Source: Chlorokybus atmophyticus (lineage: Eukaryota > Plantae > Mesostigma and Chlorokybus algae). From it: a stretch of 64,000 bases of DNA. A model generated the notes under the pieces. It saw only the letters and a list, made by a program, of their open reading frames with translations, was not told the origin of the DNA and searched no databases. Shown one piece after another: positions 13,101 through 22,941 of this stretch. How positions within the stretch are numbered: the first letter of the stretch is position 1; each line of letters opens with the position of its first letter. The stretch covers positions 1,721,932 to 1,785,931 of the forward strand of contig RHPI01002090.1 in NCBI GenBank assembly GCA_009103225.1, in the 5' to 3' direction. The translations under genes were made by a program, and so were the position numbers.

Positions 13101-14500
13101 TTTCTATTACAGGCAACTTACAAAAGTTTGACAAACGTGACAATCTGTATTACATGAGCAACAGTTTGGTGATACGTGACCATGCTGAACAGCGTGTAAA
13201 ATGCATTGCGGATATACACGATTCACCTTATGCTAGGCACTTTGGTAGTCGCAAGACCACTAAGGCAGTGCAACAGTTGTATTGGTGGCTATCGTTGCTT
13301 GCTGATGTGAAGCGGTATGTGGACACATGTGACAAATGTCAACGTGACAAACCATTACGTCAAAAGCCCGCTGGGCTACTGCGGCCGTTACCACTTCCTG
13401 ACAGTAAGTGGGAAAGTGTGAGTATAGACCTTATCACTGAGCTCCTTGAGACAGCATTGGGTCATACTGCGGTTGCAGTATTTGTGGATCGTTTGACCAA
13501 TATGGTTCACATTGTTCCTTGCCGTACGGAGATAGGCTCCCGTAATCTAGCAATGGTTTTTGTCGCGTCAGTGTTCAAGTTGCATGGCTTGCCTCACATT
13601 ATTGTCTCCGACCGTGACTCGAGGTTTGTGGCTCAGTTTTCGAAGTCACTATGCAACTTCCTGCAGATACAGCAGCACATGAGTACCGCTTATCATCCGC
13701 AGTTTGATGGTCAGACTGAACGCGCCAATCACATGATTGACGAAACATCCGTCATTATGTGAGTCTAAATCAGTCTGATTGGGATATTTATCATCTAATG
13801 GCTGAGATCGCGATTAAGAATGCATGGCAAGAGAGCGTGCAAGAAACTCCGTTTTTTTTTTTAAATTACCGAGTGCATTTACAAAGTCTTGCGAGCATTA
13901 AGTTGCCGGCTAACGACTTGACTCGCGTGCCTGCAGCGCGCAAGATGGCTGCGGCCATGCAAGACAGGTTAGCGTTGGCAAAGAGCTGTTTGCGTGCAGC
14001 GCAAGACAGACAGAAAGCCCAAGCTGATAAGCATCGTAGGCACGCCGACTATGATGTGGGCAATTCGGTGCTTTTAAGCACTAAAAACATATCCATCAAG
14101 GGACTGGGTACCCGAAAGTTTTTCCCTCGCTTGATGGGCCCCTTCAAAGTGGTTAATCGGGTCGGCACTTACGCGCATCGTTTGGAGTTACCACAATCCA
14201 TGCGTATACATAACGTGTTTCATGTGAGTGTACTGAAACCGTACCGTTCAGACGGTCGGGTTCAACCTCCTCCACCCCCCTGTCGTAGTGGATGGCGATA
14301 ATATTTTTGAGTACGAGGTGGAAGCAATCCTGAGTCACCGTAAGCCCCGACGCGGACGCGCGCCAACTTACTTGGGGGGGGGTGAAATGGAAAGGGTATG
14401 GTGTTGAACACAACACGTGGGAACCCGAAAGGAATCTTACCAACCGCCAAGAGATTCTTCGGGCGTACTGGAGTGATGTGTCCGCACACAGACGGTAAAA
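10116..14500 (+). pseudogene. gag-pol of chromovirus copy 2 (gag C-terminus deleted; PR, RT, RH, IN, chromodomain with frameshifts)
   Basis: Protease FLNDTGATHNF; RT LRMCVDYRALNK and YLDDII; RNaseH YESRKFIPAEVNY; IN zinc finger H...H...CDKC, IVSDRD and DGQTER; GPF motif; chromodomain YEVEAIL...VKWKGYGVEHNTWEPERNL. Confidence 0.93.
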
Positions 14501-14677
14501 GGGTGCTGGCAGACATCTTTACCGCTTCGGCCCTGGTTCTTTTCTCGCTTAGGTTTTCAGTGCTCACGGTGGGGCCTTGCTAACCCTTCAATGAGGACAT
14601 TGAAACTAAGTGGGGGGGAATGTAACGGAGTGCTACCGCTATGCGGTTCCCCGCCTTTAATCAATGAGAAATAAGGG

Positions 14678-15208
14678 TGTCACAGCCCTCGACTCGACCA
14701 CAAAAGAAAAGGCTTGGTGCTTTTATGGTCGATTTGTGGTAATTCAATGTACCTTCCCGTTACATTCCCCCCCACTTACGAACGCTGACGTCCTCGGCAG
14801 CTGGCTCCCATAAGCTGGGGAATCATCTCAGGGGTCTGATTAGGGTCGGTCACCGGCCCCACCACCCAAGGACCGGCCAATTTAGGCCCATACCGGTCAA
14901 CGCGAGCATAGCGCACTGCTGCCGGCCCCACAGGTCGCATCGCGACAGGCAAGTCGCGCCCTGCCGCGCTGACTGAAGGCCGGCACGATTGCCTTTAGGC
15001 AAGTCGCAACCCATCGATGATGGCACTTATGAAGTGACCATTTACGATGTAACTGGATCGAGAAACAACGACCACGGAATTCGTGTGCAAGGTAGGAATC
15101 AAACCCGGGTCTCAAGCTCCGATGATCAATGTCACATCCCACTTGACCACAAAAGACTTGGTGCTTTTATGGTCGATTTATGGTAAATTATTGTACCTTC
15201 CCGTTTCA
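14678..15208 (-). mobile_element. TRIM (TRIM-A, 531 bp) inserted in the 3' LTR of copy 2
   Basis: LTRs at 14678-14764 and 15130-15208 (TGTCACA...GTTACA/GTTTCA). TSD AAGGG at 14673-14677 and 15209-15213. [20 protein letters not shown]-like TGATCATCGGAGC. No coding domain. Confidence 0.88.
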
Positions 15209-16775
15209 AAGGGTCCCAACGGCATAAACACAGCCATTAGAGTCGTATGAGGGCCTGTATAGGCCCTAATAAGGTGTTATGTTAGGTAACACCGATATCG
15301 ACTTGAGACTCATGTCTCACATGAGTCTCAAGTCCATATCGGCCGCATGGCGGCGCTGCTAACGCAGCGACCGCCATAGCCAGAAGATCTTCCGATCCCC
15401 TGGCTGCCAGCGGCGGCGGCGACGTTGCTGTGGTGGTGGTGTTGGGGTAGGGGATTAAAGGGGGCGGTAGCACCCCCCTTCTTACATCAATAGTGACCAC
15501 GCAATCATGGATGCTGACACTGCCGCTGGGCTTGAATTTCTCAGGTTTGTTCAGAGCTGTAATCGGCAGCCCTGCTGATGCACCAGCTGCTGAAGTAGCA
15601 CCCGCCACCTGTTGGCGCAGCGCCACCACCTCAGACTACATATCATCGAGGCGTGCCGCCAACTTCACTATGTCTGTTAACTTGTTTTTCGAGTCAGGTC
15701 TCAAGTACCAGAACACGTCCTTGCAACGCCGTGAGGTTTCTACTACCAAGTTGGCCAAAGTTTCAAACATGAGAGCAGCCACTCTCGGATCACCTCGTAC
15801 GAGTGGTGGGATTTTGTTCGTCAACTCGTGCTCAAGCATGCGGATCACCATCTCCTTGTTTGCGCGAGGGAGAGTGGCAAAGTTTGTCTCATACTCATCA
15901 CGAATTCTGCGCCCATGCATCCCACGTTGCCAGACGAAGGTGAGGGTGGGCAGCAAGCAGAGCCTTACGCTGTAAGGCATACTTTTCAATGGCCCCGCTT
16001 ATGACACTTTGTGTGTCCCTTGTAGCTGGTCCACTCTGAGTAGACTGATTGGGAGAAGCTCCGCTATCTTGCTCCCTCCTTGTCACTCTCAGTAGCTTGT
16101 AGCTTTCACTTATATCCGAGTCTCTCACTTTGTCATCACTCAATGGTTGGTATGATGACGATGAGCCAGAGACGGCTTATTACTTGTCACCTCCCTCTCC
16201 TTGGTCAGCCATCTGCCTAAGGATTCGCGTTAGCAAGTGCACGAATACATAGATTGTGCACTGCTAAATTGGCAAATGCTAGTAAATTTGTCTCGTCAAG
16301 TCTCAAGGGGTTAATGTGGGGTATAGTGCCCCAACAAGAGCTCTCTACACACCACTCAACTAGACACTCACTCTGCAACTAACCACACGCAAATCCACGC
16401 GACGGTTCACGAGCTATGGCTGCTCAAGTTTTCACTTTGTACTACAACCCAGCTCAACTCACAATGGTAATTGACACACGGGGTGCCGAAATCTCGTTAA
16501 ACTGACCTTACAGGCTGAAATCGACTAGTTGTGAGTTTAATATCGGTTGCCCAAAATGACTCTGGCGGCCTCACCGCACTTACTAGCGGTCGGAACAGCC
16601 GATGGAGCCACTAGACTGCCCCAAAGGGATTTGTATTTTTGTTTTTGAATATATAACCCTTTACACCACCACGAATCCACGTGGTGGCAAGCACACACAA
16701 GTGAAGCAAAATATGTTATCTCACTAGGTGATGTGCCGAGATGCATTGCTGGGGGGGGGGGGGGGGGGGGGGGGG

Positions 16776-17427
16776 NNNNNNNNNNNNNNNNNNNNNNNNN
16801 NNNNNNNNNNNNNNNNNNNNNNNNNNNNNNNNNNNNNNNNNNNNNNNNNNNNNNNNNNNNNNNNNNNNNNNNNNNNNNNNNNNNNNNNNNNNNNNNNNNN
16901 NNNNNNNNNNNNNNNNNNNNNNNNNNNNNNNNNNNNNNNNNNNNNNNNNNNNNNNNNNNNNNNNNNNNNNNNNNNNNNNNNNNNNNNNNNNNNNNNNNNN
17001 NNNNNNNNNNNNNNNNNNNNNNNNNNNNNNNNNNNNNNNNNNNNNNNNNNNNNNNNNNNNNNNNNNNNNNNNNNNNNNNNNNNNNNNNNNNNNNNNNNNN
17101 NNNNNNNNNNNNNNNNNNNNNNNNNNNNNNNNNNNNNNNNNNNNNNNNNNNNNNNNNNNNNNNNNNNNNNNNNNNNNNNNNNNNNNNNNNNNNNNNNNNN
17201 NNNNNNNNNNNNNNNNNNNNNNNNNNNNNNNNNNNNNNNNNNNNNNNNNNNNNNNNNNNNNNNNNNNNNNNNNNNNNNNNNNNNNNNNNNNNNNNNNNNN
17301 NNNNNNNNNNNNNNNNNNNNNNNNNNNNNNNNNNNNNNNNNNNNNNNNNNNNNNNNNNNNNNNNNNNNNNNNNNNNNNNNNNNNNNNNNNNNNNNNNNNN
17401 NNNNNNNNNNNNNNNNNNNNNNNNNNN
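16776..17427. other. Assembly gap (N run); further gaps at ~25189-25363, ~27829-27841 and ~42925-43165
   Basis: N runs, each flanked by G or C homopolymers. Confidence 0.99.
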
Positions 17428-18830
17428 CCTCCTCCCCTCAATCCCCTACCCCAACACCGCCACCAGCCAGGCCGTCGACACCGCTGCCGCCAGGGGCAAC
17501 TTGCCGGAGTTGCCGGAGTTGAACCGCCGGAGCAAAAGATCCTCTTGCTATGGCGGCCGCTGCGTTAACAGTGCGCCATATATATACATGTATATACAGC
17601 TGATATCGACACGACACTCATGTCTCGTGTTGATATCAGTGGTACAGATAAGTAACACTACATTAGGGCCTTAACTCTAGGTGAACGGCCTTAATACGGC
17701 TTAATTGGCTGTATATACATGTTGGGACCCTTATTTAATCCTAAATAAAGGCGGGGAACCTCTATAGAGGTAGCACTCCGTTAAGGTGCGACCCCGCGCG
17801 GTGCTTTCAGTCATTGGTTTATCAATATATATTGAATTGAACTTCACGGCAACTAGCAATTTTTGTCCCTATGGGTGGGATTCAAACTTGTGCCGCTGAG
17901 CTCCGTTACCACTAACGTAACATCGGCGCCTCAACCACTAGGCTACGGCACCAAAAGTCGCTGCCATAGGAGAAGCCACATGCCATATAACCATGTCCCA
18001 TACCATGGTATGACACCTTGTGCATGCACACAACCACACCAAGACAACCACCAAAGACAACTTCAGCGGCTGAAGTTGTCTTAGGTGTGACGCCGCCGAT
18101 TCCGCACAAGGCCGCCTACTTGCAACTCACTGCCGACTGCGGCTTAGGGTTTGCTTGAGAAAGAGAGCTGCTCGTGAAGGCCGCCGCTATAAGTCCGACT
18201 TCTATTTTGTTGAGGCCACTGCTGGTGGTCGATAGATCTTGTCACCGCTGACAGCCAGTGAGCTGATAAGATGTTGACAACTTAAGAATGAACCGGTTCG
18301 GATGATTCGGTTGATGTTGTGCACAAGGGGTGCGAGGGGGAAGTGCGTGCAGAGGGTTGTCACCGCGATAGCTGGCATGCAAGGGAGGCTCGATTCAAAG
18401 TTGTGTCTCGCAATAAGGATGAGTTCCTTCGAGCGCTCAAGTGTGGGGGCAGGTAGCTGCAGGGCAGCATGCAGGGCTTACAGCAGAGTGAAAGTAGCTG
18501 CAGGGTCTCAGTGCGAGAGTGATGGTGGAGCCACAAAGTGTGCGGAGAAAGTTGCGGGGCAAAACTTTGCGATAACTCCCCTGAATGCCTAGAAGTAGTC
18601 ACTCAACAAGCTCCCCCCATAACTGGTCATTTGCGTCTTCGCAACGGGTTCGCACCCGTGACAGCGCCATGGGCTGCTGTCAAAGAATGTTGGAATCCAC
18701 AGCGGCGGCTCAGTGCAAGCATTTCACCTTGTTTAGACCATCGTAGCATAAGACATACTTGTGCTAGCTTTGGGACTTGATGGTTGACACAAGGCGATGT
18801 CAGATGGTTTTAAGTTGTCCCAAAGTCGGA

Positions 18831-19370
18831 CTTGCAAATTTTGCTCATGCTCAACAGTCAAAACATGGTCTGACTTTTAATTGATTAAACAAGTTTTCCC
18901 GAGGGGTTACTTGATACTTTTGTGTGAAAAGCAGATGAAATTGGTATAGGTCTGATAATAAGTCTCATCAACATCTAACTAGCAGGTGATAATAAATGCT
19001 TCAATTCTTGCTGTTGGTAATTGCAACACATGCACATTGACATGACTATGTGAACATCAGGTTGCATGACCGCATGGTCAAAAAAGCGATCACCGGAAAC
19101 ATGCGCAAGTAAGTTTGTGTACGTAAGCAACATGTATGTTAAACACTGTCTGATATATATCAGATATATATGTAGCTACGTATACCATTGTGCAGATAGT
19201 ATTCACATGCCATCATCACTCCATTATAACTCCTCCTCAATCGCGTAACTTTCACATTATTCTACGCGTACTGTATTTATTCACATGTGCATCAAATAAT
19301 AACGTGGTCAATGCGGTCTTCCGCATGCCACAAGTTGCAAATGTTTGTCACTAAGTGCAAAATTTGCAAG
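18831..19370. mobile_element. Possible MITE-like element
   Basis: 14-bp inverted repeat CTTGCAAATTTTGC (18831-18844) and GCAAAATTTGCAAG (19357-19370) around an AT-rich non-coding interior. TSD not resolved. Confidence 0.35.
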
Positions 19371-20901
19371 CCAACACACGTGACAATAAGGTCATAGTAT
19401 CTATAGATTGCTTACAACTGTTGTGAAACGCACACGAACGTTAGACGTGCGTTAATATTATATTAAGAATTAAACAAAAGTAATAATATGCCCTACCATA
19501 TGTATGTATATTCATACATATACGCGTGTGCGTGTGTGTACGTGCTACATGTATATTTACATGTGCGTACAATTGTAAAGTACGCATACGTACATAAAAG
19601 TATATAAACATATATATAAGTATATATGTGAATATGTATGACAGTACACAAAAATAACATAATGTATGTATGTTATGGTGTCATTACTATTTATTATATA
19701 AATACCGAAAATCTGTACTTGAAGTGCAATAACATGTGTTTGTACAAGTTGTATACACAACTTGTACAAACACATGTTATTGCACATAAAGTATATGAAT
19801 GTTCTGCATCACATATATAACGCATACATGTCACATATATGCGTTATACGCGACGGCGTTATACGCGGCGGCGGCGGCGGCGGCGTTCTATTCTCCTCTT
19901 AGAGGTAAGGCCAGCTACAGCGGCGGTGGCCGGCCGCAACTAGCTGCCGGGCATCAACTCGTTGGTTGATTGGGTGGGTGCTTTATAGCTGACGCTTGCA
20001 TGGGCGTGTGTGCTTGTGGCGGCCTTGTTAAAAAGGCCTACCTCTTTTTGTGTGCGTACGTGCCCGTGCGTTCTCATGTGCGTTGTGCCTGCGTGTGTGC
20101 ACTCAGTTAAAATACATACTAATCTTAGTGTTGACAACAGGGCAGACCTGTACACACCACTATTGCTTAAACCAAATATGAACAAGCTGCAGCGCTGGTC
20201 TATGGTGTACGTAATCGTGTGTTTCGGACTGCTACGACAGACTTGCTGCATTGCAAGTTGATAGCCTGTTGTGTTGTATTCACGCGTGTGCACATGTTGT
20301 GGACCTTGACTGCAATGTATATTATGTTCAGCTGTATCAATGTTGTAACCTTTCATTGCATATTTGCTATCATGTATTACACGTGTTGCATGCTGCTGAC
20401 ATGGTAGTAAGTCCTTGTAGTTGATGCTTGATGCCATCTTTGCAATTGCCAGGGTGCATCGCATTATTGTCCATACAGACGCTAGTGAACTGAGCTTGAG
20501 AGATGCGACACGCCAGACATCTGAACAATACAGCTTAGGAAGTAGTGCATCAACTTATCTGATAGAAATGGTGACACTATATGATAGTCAGCCAGTACAC
20601 CATATCGGACCATGCAATTTGATTGTCAACAGCATCAAATCACGCCATGTCAAACATGTCAGATGTTGAGATGTTGCAGACTAATAAACATATCATGGAT
20701 GCAATAGCAATAGTTTGAAAAGCGCCATACATATGTAATGGGTGTGGCGCCGAGGCTACAGGCTTGTGCCGGTACTCATAGCAGGTGTCGCTCCCTTTCA
20801 GGGGTTGCTCATGGCATGAGCCTCATGCGACAAGCAACCGATATATTTTAGTGCTTTATATTGCGAACATGGCTAGCCAAGGCCTTCGACGTACGGGAGG
20901 T

Positions 20902-21222
20902 TGTAACGGGAGCAATAATACTAGGGGGTTTATTGCTACTCAGGTGGCACATCTTGTATGAATAAGTATATAAAGTACTTATTTATACCTCTTCCCTACG
21001 GTTCCTCGCTTATTAAAGCCGATAATACTTTGATATAGCTTTGGTAAGTCCCAATGGGTGGTAGAACCGCCTGTCAAGCCTATTTGGTAACGCATTTCAT
21101 ATATGCGATTGTTATAGTCAGATGTGGTACCTTGTCGCTAGGTACCTTATCGATATGTACCTTATCGTTAAGAACTTTATCGTTTGCTATCGGAGTTCTT
21201 GTCTCACGTAAGATCTCTTACA
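20902..21222. repeat. Putative solo or degenerate LTR of another family
   Basis: TGTAACGGGAG...TCTTACA termini. Internal GGTACCT repeats resemble 5230-5290. No matching TSD. Confidence 0.4.
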
Positions 21223-21399
21223 GCAACCCCATCTATAGGGATGATATCTAATTATAAGGATGACATTGAGAGACATGAATGTAATATACCTTTGATAAAA
21301 TCGGCCCATCAACTGATGGGACCTCAATCAGTTTTCTACCCCTTGCAGCGCCCGGCGGTGTGATGCGGCTTGTTTCTAGCGGTGTGGGTATTGGGGTAG

Positions 21400-22150
21400 A
21401 GGATTGAAGGGTTGGCGGAGACGCCGGCATCTATTACAGAGGTGGCAGGGGAAGCAGTTCTCTGCATGGTCCACCTTGTTCTTGCTAGAGAGGCTGCGCA
21501 GGGTGAAAGTGCCTTGCGCACGCACTTAGACGACCATATGGACAGTGCTTTAATTGTCCGGGTCTAGGCTGTTGGTGGTCTGCTTTTACGGAAGACCTCT
21601 AGATCTGGGGCACGTTGTGCCCGCTCCGTACGTCTACATAGCAGCGCTTGTCACAATTGCTGAGCGACCTTGAGGTTGGCAAAGGCAATGAGAACGGATG
21701 CCTTTAACAGAGCAGCGCGAGCCATCAGCACCTTTAACATGTGCGTGGGCTTGTCAACAATGTCCTCCACGGCCTCCGCAGCATGGCGGGCGCGCAACGA
21801 ACGCAGCGGCTCCCTTCAACATGAAAAAGTAGAGGCTGAAGTAGCGCAAAGCTGCTTGACGCGTGCACTGGTACCCTAGCGCGAGCCAAGGCAAGTACTC
21901 GTCCTATTCATCTTGAGGATGAGTCAAGCAGCAACGCCGCAAGGCCTTTTGATGGTTTGCACCATGCGCTCGGCAAGGCCGTGAGCTTGGGGGTGATCAC
22001 TGTTGGTGCGTAGGTGATCGATGAGCGCGCGGTTGAGCAAGACATGCAACTCGCCCAGGGAATCCGTGTCTTGGTTAGCGAGGAGCTCTGCGCAGGCACC
22101 GAACCTATTGAGGACTCTTCGTTTTAAGGCAAGCCCCTTAAGCGACACTG
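21400..22150 (-). pseudogene. Degenerate retroviral-type (rve) integrase fragment
   Basis: LNRFGACAELLANQDTDSLGE...DHPQAHGLAERMVQTIKR, then DEYLPWLALGYQC and FANLKVAQQ in other frames. Frameshifted. No RT/RH visible upstream. Confidence 0.8.
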
Positions 22151-22941
22151 CAGTTTTACATATTCTGTCAATTATACATACAATGTGGCGTATGTGTTTA
22201 CATGTCGCTGCAACTTGCTGGTGTCGTATAACAAATGCAATGATTGCGGCATGCACGAGAATGTAACACACGCATGACAAGTGAACTCACCACACCATAA
22301 AGCACAGTCACCACCGGGCTGCTCACCTAGCCACTACCTAACTACCTTCTCTACTGCCCATAACCCATTAGACACGCTTGCATACGTGTGTCATCACCTG
22401 CACACAGCCGCTATCATCGATGGGAGACTGCCACACTCCCCATGCCGCCGCTCGTAAGCCTCCGCCCACCACTGCAGTCCTGCTGCGTTTTAGGTTTTCG
22501 TCAATGCCATGCATGCTAGCGTATGCATGGCACTCCCTCTGTCGTTGCAGCTGTCTGCCTGCAGCGGTGCGGGTGTACCTAAAGACGTCGATGGTTTATG
22601 CTGCACTATACAGAAAGTGCGGAAGGGGTATGTGCTCGGTAACATGAGTGTCTGGGCCCAGCATTCGTGGCATTCTGTGCGAGAGAGAGGGGGGGGGGGG
22701 GGGGGGGGGNGGGGGGGGCATTCATTGTCTATTTTCACATTGGTATCTATGGTAAGATTATCATGAAAAGCCAACTGCTATGCACTTCCAACCAATGCCT
22801 GCTCAGTGGTGATGTAGGCTCACACTCGCATCAACCGGACAGCTGCACAAACATTCTACTGCAGACCACTACAGGAAGCAACTACGACCAGGGTACAAGT
22901 TGTGCCTTGATGCATGGCTTCTGGCGCTAACCACACACCAT

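Larger units (their letters stand above)
8902..15486 (+). mobile_element. Ty3/gypsy chromovirus copy 2 (same family, opposite orientation, nested in gag of copy 1)
   Basis: 5' LTR 8902-9244; PBS TGGTATCCGAGC 9247-9258 (tRNA-iMet type); [16 protein letters not shown] before the 3' LTR 14621-15486; perfect TSD TCAAT at 8897-8901 and 15487-15491. Confidence 0.95.
8217..16212 (-). pseudogene. gag of chromovirus copy 1 (16212-15492 plus 8896-8217), split by copy 2
   Basis: ATG at 16212. The LNKPEKFKPSGSVSIHD segment continues across the insertion into KRPVGEHIAVAEL. Zinc knuckle CYVCH*AGHIAKNC (CX2CX4HX4C) near 8260-8305. Confidence 0.85.
2530..17784 (-). mobile_element. Ty3/gypsy chromovirus LTR retrotransposon copy 1 (degenerate, hosts two insertions)
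   Basis: 3' LTR 2530-2857 and 5' LTR ~17428-17784 (partly in an N gap). TSD GGTGC at 2525-2529 and 17785-17789. PPT AAGTGGGGGAA at 2858-2868. Domain order gag-PR-RT-RH-IN-chromodomain on the minus strand. Confidence 0.93.
2210..18015 (-). mobile_element. TRIM-like mini LTR retroelement (TRIM-B), split by later insertions
   Basis: Two ~100-bp direct repeats, 2210-2309 (TGTAACATCGGCGCC...GGTATGACA) and 17916-18015. Purine tract TAAGTAGAGAGGAA on the minus strand abuts the left repeat. PBS-like TGGTAACGGAGC on the minus strand lies next to the right repeat. The non-coding interior is 2310-2529 plus 17785-17915. No clean 5-bp TSD. Confidence 0.75.

Noticed and set aside
14398-14583. Small ORF MVLNTTRGNPKG... 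conserved with 2894-3079
   Set aside because: It is an alternative frame over the chromodomain end. The conservation just reflects the two homologous elements.
16716-17674. Long X-filled ORFs and poly-Gly/Pro ORFs at N gaps (also 25.0-25.5 kb and 42.4-43.5 kb)
   Set aside because: Artefacts of translating Ns and flanking G/C homopolymers.
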